A DNA stretch of 64,000 bases. Origin: Longimicrobiales bacterium. GTDB taxonomy: Bacteria; Gemmatimonadota; Gemmatimonadetes; Longimicrobiales; Gaopeijiaceae. Positions 41,353-52,682 of this stretch are shown piece by piece. The stretch covers positions 1,760,001 through 1,824,000 of the forward strand of contig OZ241892.1 in assembly GCA_965203485.1 (NCBI GenBank), in the 5' to 3' direction. The notes under the pieces are model-generated. The model ran no database searches. It was not told the origin of the DNA and was given only the letters and a program-made list of their open reading frames with translations. Made by a program: the position numbers and the translations under genes. Positions within the stretch are counted from its first letter, which is position 1. Each line of letters starts with the position of its first letter.

Positions 41353-42104
41353 CAGTCGTCCGCGCGGAGCGCGTCGCGGAACTGGCGGAGCGCATCCAAC
41401 GGACGGCCGCCGACCAAGTGGAACGCGACGAAGTCGCCGAGCAGCGAGGCGTGGACGCGCGGACGGCGCAATCCCGCGGGCGGCTCGCCGGCCACCAGTC
41501 CCGCCAACCCCGCGCGCGCCAAGGGACCGACGCGCCGCGATCCGTTCGGCGCTCCGCAACTCGCGCACGCGACGCCGCCCCCGGCCACGTCGAAGCGGGC
41601 CATTTCGCGCTCGCCGAGGCCGCGTCCGCACCCGGTGCAGGATTCGAGTTCCGGCCCGAAGCCTAGGACGTCCACGATGCGCCAGACCGTCGCCAAGACC
41701 GTGCCCGCGACATCGCCCGGCAAGGCGGTCTCGATGCGGCCCAAGCCGACCGAGAGGGCGTCGTACAAGTCGCGGTGCGGCTGTTCGGCGGCGTGGCGCA
41801 GCACCAGCTCGCAGGCCGCGGACGCGCCCGCGAGGCGCCGATAGTCGCCGCCGAGCCCGATATGCGCGTCGACCGGCGTGAAGTCGCGCAACGACCGCAG
41901 GTCGCGGACCGCGCTTCCGCCGATGACCGCCACGCCTTCGCAGAACGTGGCCGCCGCGCCCGTCCCCTTCGATGCCCGCGCCCGCGCGCCCCGCGCCATG
42001 GCGCTCACCAAGCCTGCTTCGCGGCAGTAGAGCTTGAGCACGCGGCTGGACTCCGACCACGGGTGAGCGCGCAGGAGAATGGCCTCGGTCGTGACCACGG
42101 ACAT
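41352..42104 (-). CDS. recO: DNA repair protein RecO
   Basis: [28 protein letters not shown]; zinc finger CTGC..CASC. Confidence 0.9.
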
Positions 42105-42112
42105 CCGAGCCG

Positions 42113-43230
42113 CTATCCGTCCAGGCGTTGCAGGAGGTCGCGGCGGCGGCGGCGGTGCTCCTCCGCGTTCACGTCGCCTGCCAGCGCCGCCTCGTCCAGC
42201 TCGGCCACCTCCAACACGAGCTCGCGCCGGTCCATGCCCCTGCGGCGGCCCGCCGCGCTCCAGCGAGCCGCGACGACCGTGCCGGCCGCGCCCAGGGCAA
42301 CGGCCGCCAGCACGGCCACCAAGCGTGCTCCCGACAGGCCGTCCGCGGGCGAGCGAGCTCGGACCGTCGCGACCCCGGGGGCCAAGCCGCGCCCGGCGAA
42401 GCGTCGGTAGGAGACGCCCTCCAGCTCGGCCTCGCCCGCAGGCGCCAAGCCCTCCACGTCCGTCTCGGGTCCGCCCGCCGGGACCAGCAGCTCCATCGAG
42501 CCGGTCGTCCCCTCCATCGGCACGTCGAAGTCGCCCGATGGAATCCGGTACCGGAAGAAGAAGACGCTCGACCCCGGCGGCACCGGCTCCGACACCTCCA
42601 CGCGTCCGCGGGCCAGGGTCGCCGAAACCTCGGACAGGCCGCCGCCCTCGGTCCGCAGGTCCGTCGCGCCGCCCGGCAACGGATGCGACCACGCCGCGCC
42701 GTGCTCGGACGACACCACGGTCGCGTCGGTCTCGTTTCGCACTTGGAAGACGTCGGTCGCCGTCCATCCGGAACCGGCCCCGGCGCCGGCGCCGGCCCCG
42801 GCGCGCTCCAAGATCAGGTTCCTCACGGCCACGGCAGGCCGCGGCACGGTTTCGGCAGGCGCCGCGGGATAGGCGCGGATCACGTACGTGGAGTCCGGCG
42901 CGAACTCGCCGGTCATCGCGTCGCCGAAGTACAGGACCTCGTCGTACCAGGTCGAAGCGAAGAAGACGTCGCCCTCCGCGCCCGGCGTCGCCGGAAGACG
43001 CAACTCGAAGGCGCCGGCGGCGTCCACCGGCACCGTGTCGACGGCCCCGCTGAACGCGGCCGACACCCGGTGCAGCACGACGGCGCCGCTGTCCGCCAAG
43101 GCCGAGCCGACCCAGAGTTCGCCGTGCACCAGCAGTCCGTCCGGCGGATCCTGGCGGACCCACGCCGCGGCCGCCGCGGCGGCGAGGAACGCGAGCGCGG
43201 CCCGTCCCGTCCGCGGCGCCCGCGCCGAGC
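42113..43230 (-). CDS. Hypothetical exported protein with C-terminal TM helix and short helical tail
   Basis: Signal-like AALAFLAAAAAAAW; beta-rich body; TM then RRELVLEVAELDE..EEHRRRRRDL. No canonical start codon found before the signal, so the 5' end is uncertain. Confidence 0.55.
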
Positions 43231-43239
43231 AAAGGCGTG

Positions 43240-43752
43240 CTAGCGCTCGAACCGGCCCAAGTCCTCTGGCCGGAGCTTGCGGAGGTGCTCCGCCAGCGCC
43301 TCCCCGCTCATTCGGGACCGGTCCTGGCCGGGCCGCTCCGCGCTTTTCTTGGCGTCGGCGATCTTGGGGGCCGCCTCCATGACGGCGTCGTCCGCGAAGA
43401 TCTTGGCCTCGGCCCGAAGGGCGATCGCGATCGAATCGGACGGCCGGGCGTCGATGGAAACGAGATCGCCGTCCCGGTCGATGATGAGCTCGGCGAAGTA
43501 GGTGCTGTCCTCGACCCGCGTGATCAGCACGCGCCGGAGGGTGCCCCCCAGTCCCTGGAGAATCGCGACGAGCAAGTCGTGCGTGAGCGGGCGGTGGAAC
43601 TGGGCCTCTCCCAGCTGCATCGCGATCGCGTTCGCCTCGCCGGGGCCGATCCAGATCGGAAGCACCCGGTCGCTCCCGATCTCCTCGAGGAGGACGACCG
43701 GCGCCTTGGACGCGCGGTCGAACGCGAGCGCCTTCACGCTGAGCTCGATCAA
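43240..43752 (-). CDS. Bifunctional nuclease family protein (DUF151)
   Basis: VLPIWIGPGEANAI, RPLTHDLL, IDARPSDSIAIALR; GGAGGAGG RBS. Confidence 0.92.
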   Translation of the reverse strand: MIELSVKALAFDRASKAPVVLLEEIGSDRVLPIWIGPGEANAIAMQLGEAQFHRPLTHDLLVAILQGLGGTLRRVLITRVEDSTYFAELIIDRDGDLVSIDARPSDSIAIALRAEAKIFADDAVMEAAPKIADAKKSAERPGQDRSRMSGEALAEHLRKLRPEDLGRFER

Positions 43753-43880
43753 CGGCTATCCTCCTCCGACGCATCGCGCGCGCCCCGGCGGCGCAGGCGA
43801 CATCATCGCCAATGAAGGGCCGGAGAACAACCACCGGCCCCGAACGGCCAGCGTCCCGCTGCCCCGCCGACGCCGCGTCC

Positions 43881-45056
43881 TCACGCGCCTAGAGCCGCGC
43901 GCAGCTCGTCCACTCTGTTCGTCTCCTCCCATGCGAAGAACCGCACGCAGCATCCTCCGACGACCGCCGCCCTGGGCTCGCGCCCGAAATGGCCGAACGC
44001 CGCCGTGTCGCGGAAGACGGGCTTGTCCAAGTCCAGCGCGCGAATCATGCCCTGCGGCGTGAAGTCGAACACCTCGCGCACCGCCTCCGAGAGCCGTTCG
44101 TCGCCGAACTCGCTGGTCCCGAACGAGTCTACGAACACCTGCACCGGATCGCGCTGTCCGATCGCGTAGGCCAGCTGCACCTCGCAACGCGACGCAACCC
44201 CGGCGGCGACCAAATTCTTGGCCGCCCAGCGAGCCGCGTAGGCGCCGGAGCGGTCCACCTTGGTGGCGTCCTTGCCCGAGAACGCGCCGCCCCCGTGACG
44301 CGCCGTGCCCCCGTACGTGTCCACGATGATCTTGCGCCCGGTCATGCCGGCGTCGCCGTGGGGGCCGCCCTGCACGAAGCGGCCGCTGGGGTTGATCAGA
44401 CAGCAGGCGTCGTCCGGATCGAAGTAGTCCGCCGGCAGGGCCTGCCTCACCACGCGCGCCATCAGTTCTTCGTGTATCTCCTCTCGCATCTTGCCGTCGG
44501 CGTGCTGCGCGCTCAGCACCACCGTTTTTACGCGCACGGGCCGCGAGCCGTCGTACTCGAACGTCACCTGGGACTTGCCGTCGGGCCGCAGCCAGGACAG
44601 CTCGCCCGAGCGCCGCACTTCGGACAGGCGGCGCGCGAGAGCGTGCGCGTAGGTGATCGGGGCCGGCATCAGCGCGTCGGTCTCGTCGCAGGCGTATCCG
44701 AACATGAGGCCCTGGTCGCCGGCCCCGCCCCTGTCCACGCCCGCGCCGATCTCCGGCGACTGGCTGTCGATCGACTGGAGCACCGCGCACGTCTTGGCGT
44801 CGATGCCGTACTCGGCTCGCTTGTAGCCTATCCCGCGGAGCGTCTCGCGCACCAACTTGGCGAAGTCGACGCGGGCGCGCGTGGTGATCTCGCCGGCCAG
44901 GAGCGCCAGCCCCGTCGTCACCAGCGTCTCGCAAGCGACGCGGGCCCTAGGATCCTCTGCGAGGACGGCGTCCAGAACCGCGTCCGATATCTGGTCGGCA
45001 ATCTTGTCGGGATGTCCGTCGGTGACGGATTCGGAAGTGAAGAGTCGCTTGGCCAA
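43881..45056 (-). CDS. metK: S-adenosylmethionine synthetase
   Basis: [50 protein letters not shown] start after AGGAG. Confidence 0.97.
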   Translation of the reverse strand: MAKRLFTSESVTDGHPDKIADQISDAVLDAVLAEDPRARVACETLVTTGLALLAGEITTRARVDFAKLVRETLRGIGYKRAEYGIDAKTCAVLQSIDSQSPEIGAGVDRGGAGDQGLMFGYACDETDALMPAPITYAHALARRLSEVRRSGELSWLRPDGKSQVTFEYDGSRPVRVKTVVLSAQHADGKMREEIHEELMARVVRQALPADYFDPDDACCLINPSGRFVQGGPHGDAGMTGRKIIVDTYGGTARHGGGAFSGKDATKVDRSGAYAARWAAKNLVAAGVASRCEVQLAYAIGQRDPVQVFVDSFGTSEFGDERLSEAVREVFDFTPQGMIRALDLDKPVFRDTAAFGHFGREPRAAVVGGCCVRFFAWEETNRVDELRAALGA

Positions 45057-45305
45057 GGCGGCGCGGGCTCCTAACGGAGTTGCGGGGATGGGAGGGAGAG
45101 GGGGAAGAAACCGGGCCGAAAGTGTCACCGAAGCGCCGGGTTAGGGCAAGCTCGCCGACCGGATCCGCCAAGCGGTCGCTTCCGGCTTGGACTCCCGGGA
45201 CGACGCCGGGGCGCCGCCGCCCGTCCGGCTGGACGACAACCTAATCTTTCGGAGCGGCGGGCTCGCCGGGACGGCAGATTCGGCGTCCCTCCCGCTCCCG
45301 CTAGG

Positions 45306-46070
45306 CTAGGGCGACACCGTTGCAAGGTACCAGGACACGACCGGCCCGCCCCAACCGTACGCGAGCGCGCCCCCGAGCGCCAGGAACGTGCCAAAGGGCA
45401 CCAGGCGGCCGGTCCGGACGGCAACCGGACCGAAGATCGCGGCCCCCAGCAGCGCCCCCGCGAAGATCGCGAGCACCGCGCCCGCCGGCCCCAGGAACGC
45501 GCCGGCCATCGCCATCGCCTTGACGTCGCCCCCGCCGAGCGCGTCGCGCTTGAAGGCGGCCTTGCCCGCGAGCGCCGCTGCCCAGAGCGTCCCAAAGCCC
45601 ACGAGCGCGCCTGCCGCGGCGCCCCCGGCGGACGGTCCGCCGGACAACGGCGACAGCGCCAAGCCGACGGCGGCTCCGCCCCACGTGAACTGGTCGGGAA
45701 TCAGGTAGGTGCGCGCGTCGGCCAGGGCCACGCCCAGCAGGATCGTCAGGAAGACCGCGCCCCGAAACGCCTCGGGCTGCGCGCCCCAGCGGTGGGCGGC
45801 CGCAGCCCAGAGCAGCGCCCCTGCGGCCTCGGCCAAGGGATACTGGAGCGAGATGCGCGTCCGGCAGCTGCGGCACCGTCCGCGAACGGCCGCGTATCCC
45901 AGCAACGGCACGATCTCGAACCAGCGAAGCGGCGCCGCGCAGACCGGGCAGGCGGAGCGCGGAGACAGCGCCGACCGGCCCGCTGGCCAACGAAGCGCGC
46001 ACACGTTGGCGAACGAGCCGGCGCACGCCCCCAGCACGGCGGCCAACCAAACCGCGCCCGCGTCAGCCAA
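45306..46070 (-). CDS. pilD: Prepilin peptidase (A24)
   Basis: GSFANV, RSACPVC, GRCRSC, ISLQYP, LGGGDVK, VPFGTFL. Confidence 0.92.
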   Translation of the reverse strand: MADAGAVWLAAVLGACAGSFANVCALRWPAGRSALSPRSACPVCAAPLRWFEIVPLLGYAAVRGRCRSCRTRISLQYPLAEAAGALLWAAAAHRWGAQPEAFRGAVFLTILLGVALADARTYLIPDQFTWGGAAVGLALSPLSGGPSAGGAAAGALVGFGTLWAAALAGKAAFKRDALGGGDVKAMAMAGAFLGPAGAVLAIFAGALLGAAIFGPVAVRTGRLVPFGTFLALGGALAYGWGGPVVSWYLATVSP

Positions 46071-46839
46071 CGACGGCGGCGGCCCGCGTCAGCAGGTACA
46101 TGAGAATCGATCCGGCCACCGCGACGTTGAGGGACTCCACGCCCGGCGCGAGCGGAACGGCCAAGCCGCGGCCGGCGCGGCGCACCCCTTCCGAGACGCC
46201 GTTTCCCTCGCCGCCCACCGCCAGGACCCAGGACGGCCCGCCGGCCTCCCGCGCCGACGCGGCGCCGACAGGCGCTCCGCCCGCGTCCGCGTAGAGGAGG
46301 CTGGGGACCGAACCGTCTTCGGGAAACCCCGCCGGGAGCCCGAGGAAGCTCATGCGAAACGCCGCGCCCGCCGAAGCGCGCACGGCCTTGGGATTCCACG
46401 GATCGGCCGTGCCCGCGCCGATCACGACGCCGTTCAGTCCGAAGCCGCGCGCCGAGCGGACCAGCGCGCCCAAGTTGCCGGGCGTCTGGACGCCGTCGGC
46501 CAGCAGGAAGCGGCCGCGCGCCAGCGAGCGGCGTTCGAGCGGGGGCGTCCGCACGGCCAGGATCACCGGCTGCGGCGTCTCGGTCGTGCAAAGGCGACGC
46601 ACATCGCCGTCGGCGGCGCGATCGAGAGCCACGCCCTTCGCCCTGCACGCCTCCGCAATGCCGCGGCCGGCGTCGGTTCCGGCGTAGGAGTCGCCCAGGA
46701 GCGCCCACGCGACTTCCACGGGCGCCTCGAGCGCTTCCATCGCCACCCGCGGTCCCTCCGCCAAGGCCAGTCCCGCCCGCTCGCGGGTTCGGCGCCGGGC
46801 CAGCTGGGCCGCGAGCCGGCGCCTAGACTTGCTGATCAT
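46063..46839 (-). CDS. TrmH/SpoU family RNA methyltransferase
   Basis: DGVQTPGNLGALVRSA, DPWNPKAVRASAGA, GGEGNGVS, ESLNVAVAGSILMY. Confidence 0.92.
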   Translation of the reverse strand: MISKSRRRLAAQLARRRTRERAGLALAEGPRVAMEALEAPVEVAWALLGDSYAGTDAGRGIAEACRAKGVALDRAADGDVRRLCTTETPQPVILAVRTPPLERRSLARGRFLLADGVQTPGNLGALVRSARGFGLNGVVIGAGTADPWNPKAVRASAGAAFRMSFLGLPAGFPEDGSVPSLLYADAGGAPVGAASAREAGGPSWVLAVGGEGNGVSEGVRRAGRGLAVPLAPGVESLNVAVAGSILMYLLTRAAAVVG

Positions 46840-46868
46840 GACCCGTTGACCATAACTACGGACCTGCC

Positions 46869-47762
46869 ATGGAACGCGCCGACCCGCCTCCCCTGCCGCC
46901 CGCGACCCGACGACGGCGCGGCGCGGCACGTCCCGTGGGCGGCCCCTCCGGCCGTCCGCCGGTCGCGCTCGCCGTCGGGGGAAGCGACAGCTGCGGCGGA
47001 GCCGGCGTGCAGGCCGATCTCAAGACGTTCCACCAGTGGCGCGTGCACGGCGCGACGGCGGTGACGGCCGTCACGGCCCAGAACACGGCTGGCGTGCAAC
47101 GCGTGCAGGCGCTGGCGCCGGAGCTGGTGGCCGCCCAGATCGAGAGCGTGGCGGCCGACTTGGCGCCCGCCGCGGTCAAGACCGGGATGCTCGCCGACGC
47201 CGGCATCGCCGGGGCGGTGGCGGCCCGGTTGCGAGAGGGCGGCTTGGGCGCCTACGTCCTCGATCCGGTGATGGTCGCGACGAGCGGCGACCGGTTGCTG
47301 GCGCCCGATGCCGTGCGGGTCGTGCGCGAGCAGCTGTTGCCGCTGGCCGCGCTGGTCACGCCGAACTGGCCGGAGGCCGCGGCGCTCGCGGGAGACGCCG
47401 GCAAGGGGGGCGAGGACGGACTGGCCTGGGCGGCGCGCGCGTTGGTGGACGCCGGCGCCGGAGCGGCCTTGGTCAAGGGCGGCCATCTGCCGGGGCCGAG
47501 CGTGGCCGACGTCTTGTGGGACGGAGAAGCGCTCCGCGTGTTTCGGCATCCGCGGATCGGCGCGGCGAGCGTGCACGGCACCGGCTGCACCCTGGCCGCG
47601 GCCGCGACCGCGGCGCTGGCGCGGGGGAATCCGCTGGGGGAGGCGGTGGAGACGGCCGTGGCGTGGGTTCACCGCACGATCGCCGGAGCGCGTGGGCTGG
47701 GCGGCGGAGCCCGGTTGCTGGACCACTTCGCGGAGACCGGCACCGAAGCCCCCTGCCGCTGA
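46869..47762 (+). CDS. thiD: Hydroxymethylpyrimidine/phosphomethylpyrimidine kinase
   Basis: GSDSCGGAGVQADLKT, TAQNT, KTGML, DPVMVATSG, HGTGCTL. Confidence 0.93.
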   Translation: MERADPPPLPPATRRRRGAARPVGGPSGRPPVALAVGGSDSCGGAGVQADLKTFHQWRVHGATAVTAVTAQNTAGVQRVQALAPELVAAQIESVAADLAPAAVKTGMLADAGIAGAVAARLREGGLGAYVLDPVMVATSGDRLLAPDAVRVVREQLLPLAALVTPNWPEAAALAGDAGKGGEDGLAWAARALVDAGAGAALVKGGHLPGPSVADVLWDGEALRVFRHPRIGAASVHGTGCTLAAAATAALARGNPLGEAVETAVAWVHRTIAGARGLGGGARLLDHFAETGTEAPCR

Positions 47763-47912
47763 TCACGGGGTCGGCGCGGCGCGAAGCGGCCACGGGCCCG
47801 CGGGTGGCGGGTGACCAAGGCCGCCCGGCCCGTGGAAATCCCCGCCGAATCGGCGGCCTCCCGTCCCGGCCTCCGCCCGCGCGAGGGACGGCCCGACTGC
47901 GGACCATCCGCG

Positions 47913-48797
47913 TCAACCGGCGGACACGCCGTCCCGTCCGTCGGCGGCTAGAGCGTCCAGCGCCGGAATCGTCTCGGCGAGCAGCCGTGCCAGCGCGGGA
48001 CCGGCGCGCGCGCCTGCTTCGGCGACTTCTTCGTGCTCGAGCGTGCCCGGCGCCAACCCGGCCGCCCAGTTCGTGATCAGCGAAACCGCCGCCGTTCGCT
48101 GTCCGAGCGCCCGGCCCGCCGCGGCCTCGGGCGCCGTGGACATGCCGACCGCGTCCGCCCCCGCCGCCGCCAGGGCGCGCACTTCGGCGGGCGTCTCGTA
48201 CTGGGGTCCCAGGACGGCGGCGTAGACTCCGCGAGCCACCGGCACGCCCGCCCGCGCCGCCGCCTGCTCGGCCGCATCCAGCATCGCCGCATCGTAGAGA
48301 CTCCCCGTCGGCGCACCGGGGAGCCGTCCAGCCAACGCCGCGTAAGCCGCCGGACGCGGCGGCGCGACGAGGTGGTCCGCGACGAGCATCAGCGAACCCG
48401 GCGCGAGGTCGGCCCGGATTCCCCCGGCCGCGTTGGTGAGCAGCAGCAGCCGGGCCCCGGCCGCCCGTCCGGCCCGCACGGGCGCACCCACGACGTCCGC
48501 CGCCAGGCCCTCGTACAAATGGAAGCGCCCCGACTGGACGAGCGCCGGAACCCCGCGCACCCGGCCCGCCACGAACCGTCCGGCGTGCCCCTGCACCGTC
48601 GGCGGCGGAAAGCCGGGCAGGTCGGCGAAGGGCACCACGACCGGCGCGTCCACGATCGACTCCGCGACGCCGAGTCCGGAGCCCAGCACCACGTGGACGC
48701 GGGGACGCAGGCCCGCCCGCTCCCGAAGGATTCGCCCCGCCCGCGCCGCGTCGTCCGCCGCTGTCGGCGCCCGCCGGTCGGCGGCGCGCCGAATCAA
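47913..48797 (-). CDS. punA: Purine-nucleoside phosphorylase
   Basis: VVLGSGLG, GHAG, GRFHLYEG, TNAAGG, GPQYETPAE, DAVGMST; TTG start overlaps the nupC stop. Confidence 0.9.
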   Translation of the reverse strand: MIRRAADRRAPTAADDAARAGRILRERAGLRPRVHVVLGSGLGVAESIVDAPVVVPFADLPGFPPPTVQGHAGRFVAGRVRGVPALVQSGRFHLYEGLAADVVGAPVRAGRAAGARLLLLTNAAGGIRADLAPGSLMLVADHLVAPPRPAAYAALAGRLPGAPTGSLYDAAMLDAAEQAAARAGVPVARGVYAAVLGPQYETPAEVRALAAAGADAVGMSTAPEAAAGRALGQRTAAVSLITNWAAGLAPGTLEHEEVAEAGARAGPALARLLAETIPALDALAADGRDGVSAG

Positions 48798-50455
48798 ACG
48801 AGCGCGCCCGCGATGGCCGCCGTCATGAACGCGGCCAGCGATCCTCCGACCATCGCGCGCAGGCCCAGGCGCGCCAAGTCCTTCCGCCGCGACGGCGCGA
48901 TCCCCCCGATTCCCCCGATCTGAATCGCGATCGAGGAGAAGTTGGCGAACCCGGAGATCGCGTAGGCCGCGATGACCGCCGACCGCGGCGACAAGGCGTC
49001 GCGGGCCATGTCGTCCGCCAGTCCCATGTAGGCCACGAACTCGGTCGCCACCGTCTTGAGCCCCATGAGCGCGCCCACGGCCGACGCCTCCTGCCAGGGC
49101 ACGCCCATCACCCAGGCGACCGGGGCGAGCGCCGCGCCCAGGATCGCCTCCAGCGACAGCCCGTCGAACCCGACCAGCCCTCCCGCCCATCCCAGCACGG
49201 CGTTCAGGAGCGCGATCATGGCCAGGAACGCCATCAGCATCGCGCCCACGTTGAGCGCCAAGTGCAGTCCCTCGCCCGCCCCGCGCGCCGCGGCCTCGAT
49301 CACGTTCACGTCGGGCCGCTCGACGTCCCCGCGCGCGCCGCCGGCCAAGCCGCCCGCCGTGTCCGGCCGGCCCTCCTCCGGCAGCATCAGCTTCGCCACC
49401 AGCATCGCGGCCGGCGCCGACATCACCGACGCCGCCATCAGGTGCCCGGCGATGTCCGGAAAGAAGCCCGACAGCATCCCCGCGTACGCCGCCATGACGC
49501 CGCCCGCCACGGTCGCGAAGCCGCCGGTCATGATCGCCATCAGCTCGGAGCGCGTCATCCGCTCCACGAACGGCTTGACGAGCAACGGCGCCTCGGTCTG
49601 GCCGATGAAGATGTTGCCCGCCACCGTCAGCGTCTCGGCCCCGCTCGTCTTCATGGTGCGCCGCATCACCCAGGCGATCCCGCCCACCACCCGCTGCATG
49701 ACGCCCAAGTGGTACAGCACCGTCATCAGCGAAGCGAAGAAGATGATCGTCGGCAGCACGTTGAACGCGACGAACGCTCCCGTCTGCGCCACGCGCCGCC
49801 CCTCCGCCGCGAACTCGCCTCCGCCCGGCTCCAGCGTGCCCACCGGCACCTCGTTGCGCACCAAGTTGCCGAACAGGAACCGCGCCCCCTCTTCCGTGAA
49901 GCCCACGACGGCGAGGATCGCGTCGTTGGCCGCCGAGAACACGCCCGCGCCCACCGGCGTGCGCAGAATCAGGAACGCGAACGCGATCTGCAGGCCCAGG
50001 CCCCACAACACCACCCGCCACTGCACGAGCCGCCGGTTGCTGCTGAGCGCCCACGCGATGCCCGTCAGCACGAACAGGCCGAGGACGCCGCGGTAGCGCG
50101 TGAAGGGGCCGGGCTGGGCGGCGGACGAAAGGCGTCCGATCTGCGCGGGCTCGAGCGGGAGAGCGGCGGGCGGAGCCGTCGCGCTGGACTGGGCGGACGA
50201 GCTTGCCGGCGGCCCCGCAACCTCTGGTTGCCCCGCAACCGGAACGAGGGCGGCGGACGCGGGCGTGCCGGGTTGGGGAGACGGCCTTGCCGCGGCGGGC
50301 ACGCCGAGGACGCGCGACGCCGGTGCGGACTCGGCGGCCGCCGCCACGCCGACCGAGCCGGCCAGACCGGGAACCAGCGAACCCGCCATGGCCACGCACG
50401 CCAGAGCGATCGGCAACCGACGGCCAGCCCAAGCCGACTTCGGCTCTTTCGTCAT
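48794..50455 (-). CDS. nupC: Concentrative nucleoside transporter (CNT/NupC family) with a low-complexity N-terminal extension
   Basis: FNVLPTIIFF, SGAET, NIFIGQTEAPL, GGFATVAGG, SGFANFSSIAIQIGG. Confidence 0.92.
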   Translation of the reverse strand: MTKEPKSAWAGRRLPIALACVAMAGSLVPGLAGSVGVAAAAESAPASRVLGVPAAARPSPQPGTPASAALVPVAGQPEVAGPPASSSAQSSATAPPAALPLEPAQIGRLSSAAQPGPFTRYRGVLGLFVLTGIAWALSSNRRLVQWRVVLWGLGLQIAFAFLILRTPVGAGVFSAANDAILAVVGFTEEGARFLFGNLVRNEVPVGTLEPGGGEFAAEGRRVAQTGAFVAFNVLPTIIFFASLMTVLYHLGVMQRVVGGIAWVMRRTMKTSGAETLTVAGNIFIGQTEAPLLVKPFVERMTRSELMAIMTGGFATVAGGVMAAYAGMLSGFFPDIAGHLMAASVMSAPAAMLVAKLMLPEEGRPDTAGGLAGGARGDVERPDVNVIEAAARGAGEGLHLALNVGAMLMAFLAMIALLNAVLGWAGGLVGFDGLSLEAILGAALAPVAWVMGVPWQEASAVGALMGLKTVATEFVAYMGLADDMARDALSPRSAVIAAYAISGFANFSSIAIQIGGIGGIAPSRRKDLARLGLRAMVGGSLAAFMTAAIAGALV

Positions 50456-51522
50456 CTCGGAGGACTCCTTGCGGGCGGCTCGCGTGGCCGGTAAGGCCGG
50501 AACAAAGGTGCCCCGTCACGTCGGTGCTGTCCACCGGGCGAGGCCGTTGCGCTTGCCGCCATGCGCGACCGCGACCTCTCCAGTTCGCCGAGCGGGCGGC
50601 TTCACACGTCCCCGGGCCCTTGCTGTCGAAAGACCTCCGGTGTTCTGCACCGAGAGCGGACGACCCTCGCCCGCGTCGCCACGCTCGCGGGCGGGCGCGT
50701 TCTTGTCTTTGAACGCCGATCGCGGCCCGCACGTGGCCGGGCCCCGCGCCGAACCAGCCAACCGCGCCCGACGTCGCTCCGACGGGCTCCGCGCGGCTAC
50801 TCCTTGCGCCCTCTCGACAACCTGCCGCATCTTCTCTTGCGGAGCACGCCCGCGCCCCGACCGTCGGTACATTCTCGGCTACAGGACCGCTCGTGCCATG
50901 AGCGGTCCGAGAGAACGGAGAAGGCGGCAATTCGCACATGATCATGACCGCCGCCGATGTCCGAGCGCGACTGCTGGCCTATCTCGACACGCCGTACACT
51001 GCACCCCTGTTCGTGCTTGGTGACGCCGCCGCTGTGTTGCGGCATTTTCCGTCAAACCTCTTCGATTGTTGCATGACAAGCCCCCCATACTGGGGCAAGC
51101 GCGAGTATGCCGATGCGGGCATCGGCCTCGAAGATCACTACCGCGACTTCATCGACAACTTGGTGGCCATATGCGCCGAAATCAAGCGCGTTCTTCGGCC
51201 CACTGGTTCGTTCTGGCTCAACATCGGAGACTCCTATCACCGCAAGCAACTGCTCGGGATACCTTGGCGAGTCGCTCTCGAGCTAACTGACAAGCAAGAT
51301 TGGACGTTGCGCAACAGCATTGTGTGGAACAAGATAAAGGGCGGTCCTGACAATACTAAAGATCGTCTTCGAAACGTGCACGAGCACATCTTCCTGGAGT
51401 TGCCCCGGTATGGTGGACGGGCAAGGATCTTGGGTTCAGATGGTGCAATGTGAAACATGACTTTAGGAAGGACGGAGGCGCAAGGGCGCCGAACGGTCTC
51501 GTGTCGAGGGGGTCGGTGCACT

Positions 51523-52371
51523 TTACGCGACCGCACGCTTGCGCTCGAAGCCGGCGGGGGATTCGTAGCCGAGCGCCGAGTGTCGGCGCCGCGAGTTGTA
51601 GAAGCCTTCGATGAAGGCGAAGACGGCGCGCCGGGCTTCGGCCGGACTTGTGAACTGGCAACGGTCCAGCAACTCGCATTCCAACGTGGCGAAGAAGCTC
51701 TCGCACATCGCGTTGTCGTAGGCGTCGCCCACCGAGCCCGTCGAGCGACGCACGCCGGCCTTCCTGCACCGCTCGCCGAACGCCCAGGACGTGTACTGCG
51801 ACCCCTGGTCCGAGTGATGGATCACGGTCTCTGGACTGCGGTTCTCGACGGCCATGGCGAGCGCGCGCTCGACGAGTTCGCCGCGCAGGTGCGTCTCCAT
51901 GGCCCAGCCGACGACGCGGCGGCTCCAGGCGTCGACGACGACCGCCAGGTAGAGCCATCCGGCCCCGGCCGGCACGTACGTGATGTCGGCGACCCAGAGC
52001 TGGTCGGGGCCTTCGGCGCTGAAGTCGCGCTCGACCAAGTCCGGAGCCGGGCGCGCGTGGGCGTCGCGCACCGTCAGCGCCACCTTGCGGCGCCTGCGGC
52101 TCGCGCCTTCGATGCCCTCCTCGCGCATGAGGCGGGCGACGCGCTTCGGACCGACGCGCTCGCCCCAGGCCGCGAGATCGGCGTGGATGCGCGGTCGCCC
52201 GTACGTCCGCCGGCTCGCTTCCCAGCTGCGGCGCACCAAGACGCGCAACGCGTCGTCGCGCAACGCGCTCGCCGATCGGGGACGCTTCAGCCATGCATAG
52301 AAGCCGCTCGGGGAGAGACCGAGGACGCGGCACATCGCGCGCACGGGAAACACGGCCCGGTGCGCTTTCAC
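51523..52371 (-). CDS. IS3 transposase OrfB (DDE/rve), copy 1
   Basis: WVADITY, IHHSDQGSQY, DNAMCESFF, YNSRRRHSALGYESP. Confidence 0.95.
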   Translation of the reverse strand: MKAHRAVFPVRAMCRVLGLSPSGFYAWLKRPRSASALRDDALRVLVRRSWEASRRTYGRPRIHADLAAWGERVGPKRVARLMREEGIEGASRRRRKVALTVRDAHARPAPDLVERDFSAEGPDQLWVADITYVPAGAGWLYLAVVVDAWSRRVVGWAMETHLRGELVERALAMAVENRSPETVIHHSDQGSQYTSWAFGERCRKAGVRRSTGSVGDAYDNAMCESFFATLECELLDRCQFTSPAEARRAVFAFIEGFYNSRRRHSALGYESPAGFERKRAVA

Positions 52372-52682
52372 GAACTCGAACCCTCTCCGGGAATCGAGCC
52401 GCTCTCCCGAGCGAACCAGGCCGCGGCTTTTTTTAGAATGTCGCGCTCGAGGCGCAACTGCTTGTTCTCCCGCTTCAGGCGGCGCAACTCGTCCCGCTCG
52501 CGCGTCGTCGTCCCGTCGTCGCGACGGCCCTCGTCGAGATCGGCCTGCTCGACCCAGTTGCGGATCGTCGGCGCCGACGGCTCGAACTCACGCGCCAGCG
52601 CCTCCGGCGACCGGCCCGAACGCGCCAGATCCACCATTCGCCGCCGGTACTCCAGCGGGTACTGCTTGCGTTTCTTCGGCAT
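52368..52682 (-). CDS. IS3 transposase OrfA (HTH), copy 1; A7 -1 frameshift site at 52428-52434
   Basis: MPKKRKQYPLEYRRRMV..TIRNWV..ELRRLKRENKQLRLERDILKKAAAWFA. Confidence 0.93.
   Translation of the reverse strand: MPKKRKQYPLEYRRRMVDLARSGRSPEALAREFEPSAPTIRNWVEQADLDEGRRDDGTTTRERDELRRLKRENKQLRLERDILKKAAAWFARESGSIPGEGSSS

Noticed and set aside
45057..45305. SAM riboswitch in the metK leader
   Set aside because: No SAM-I, SAM-II or SAH core motifs recognised by eye; the GC-rich hairpins may just be a pilD terminator. An Rfam scan would settle it
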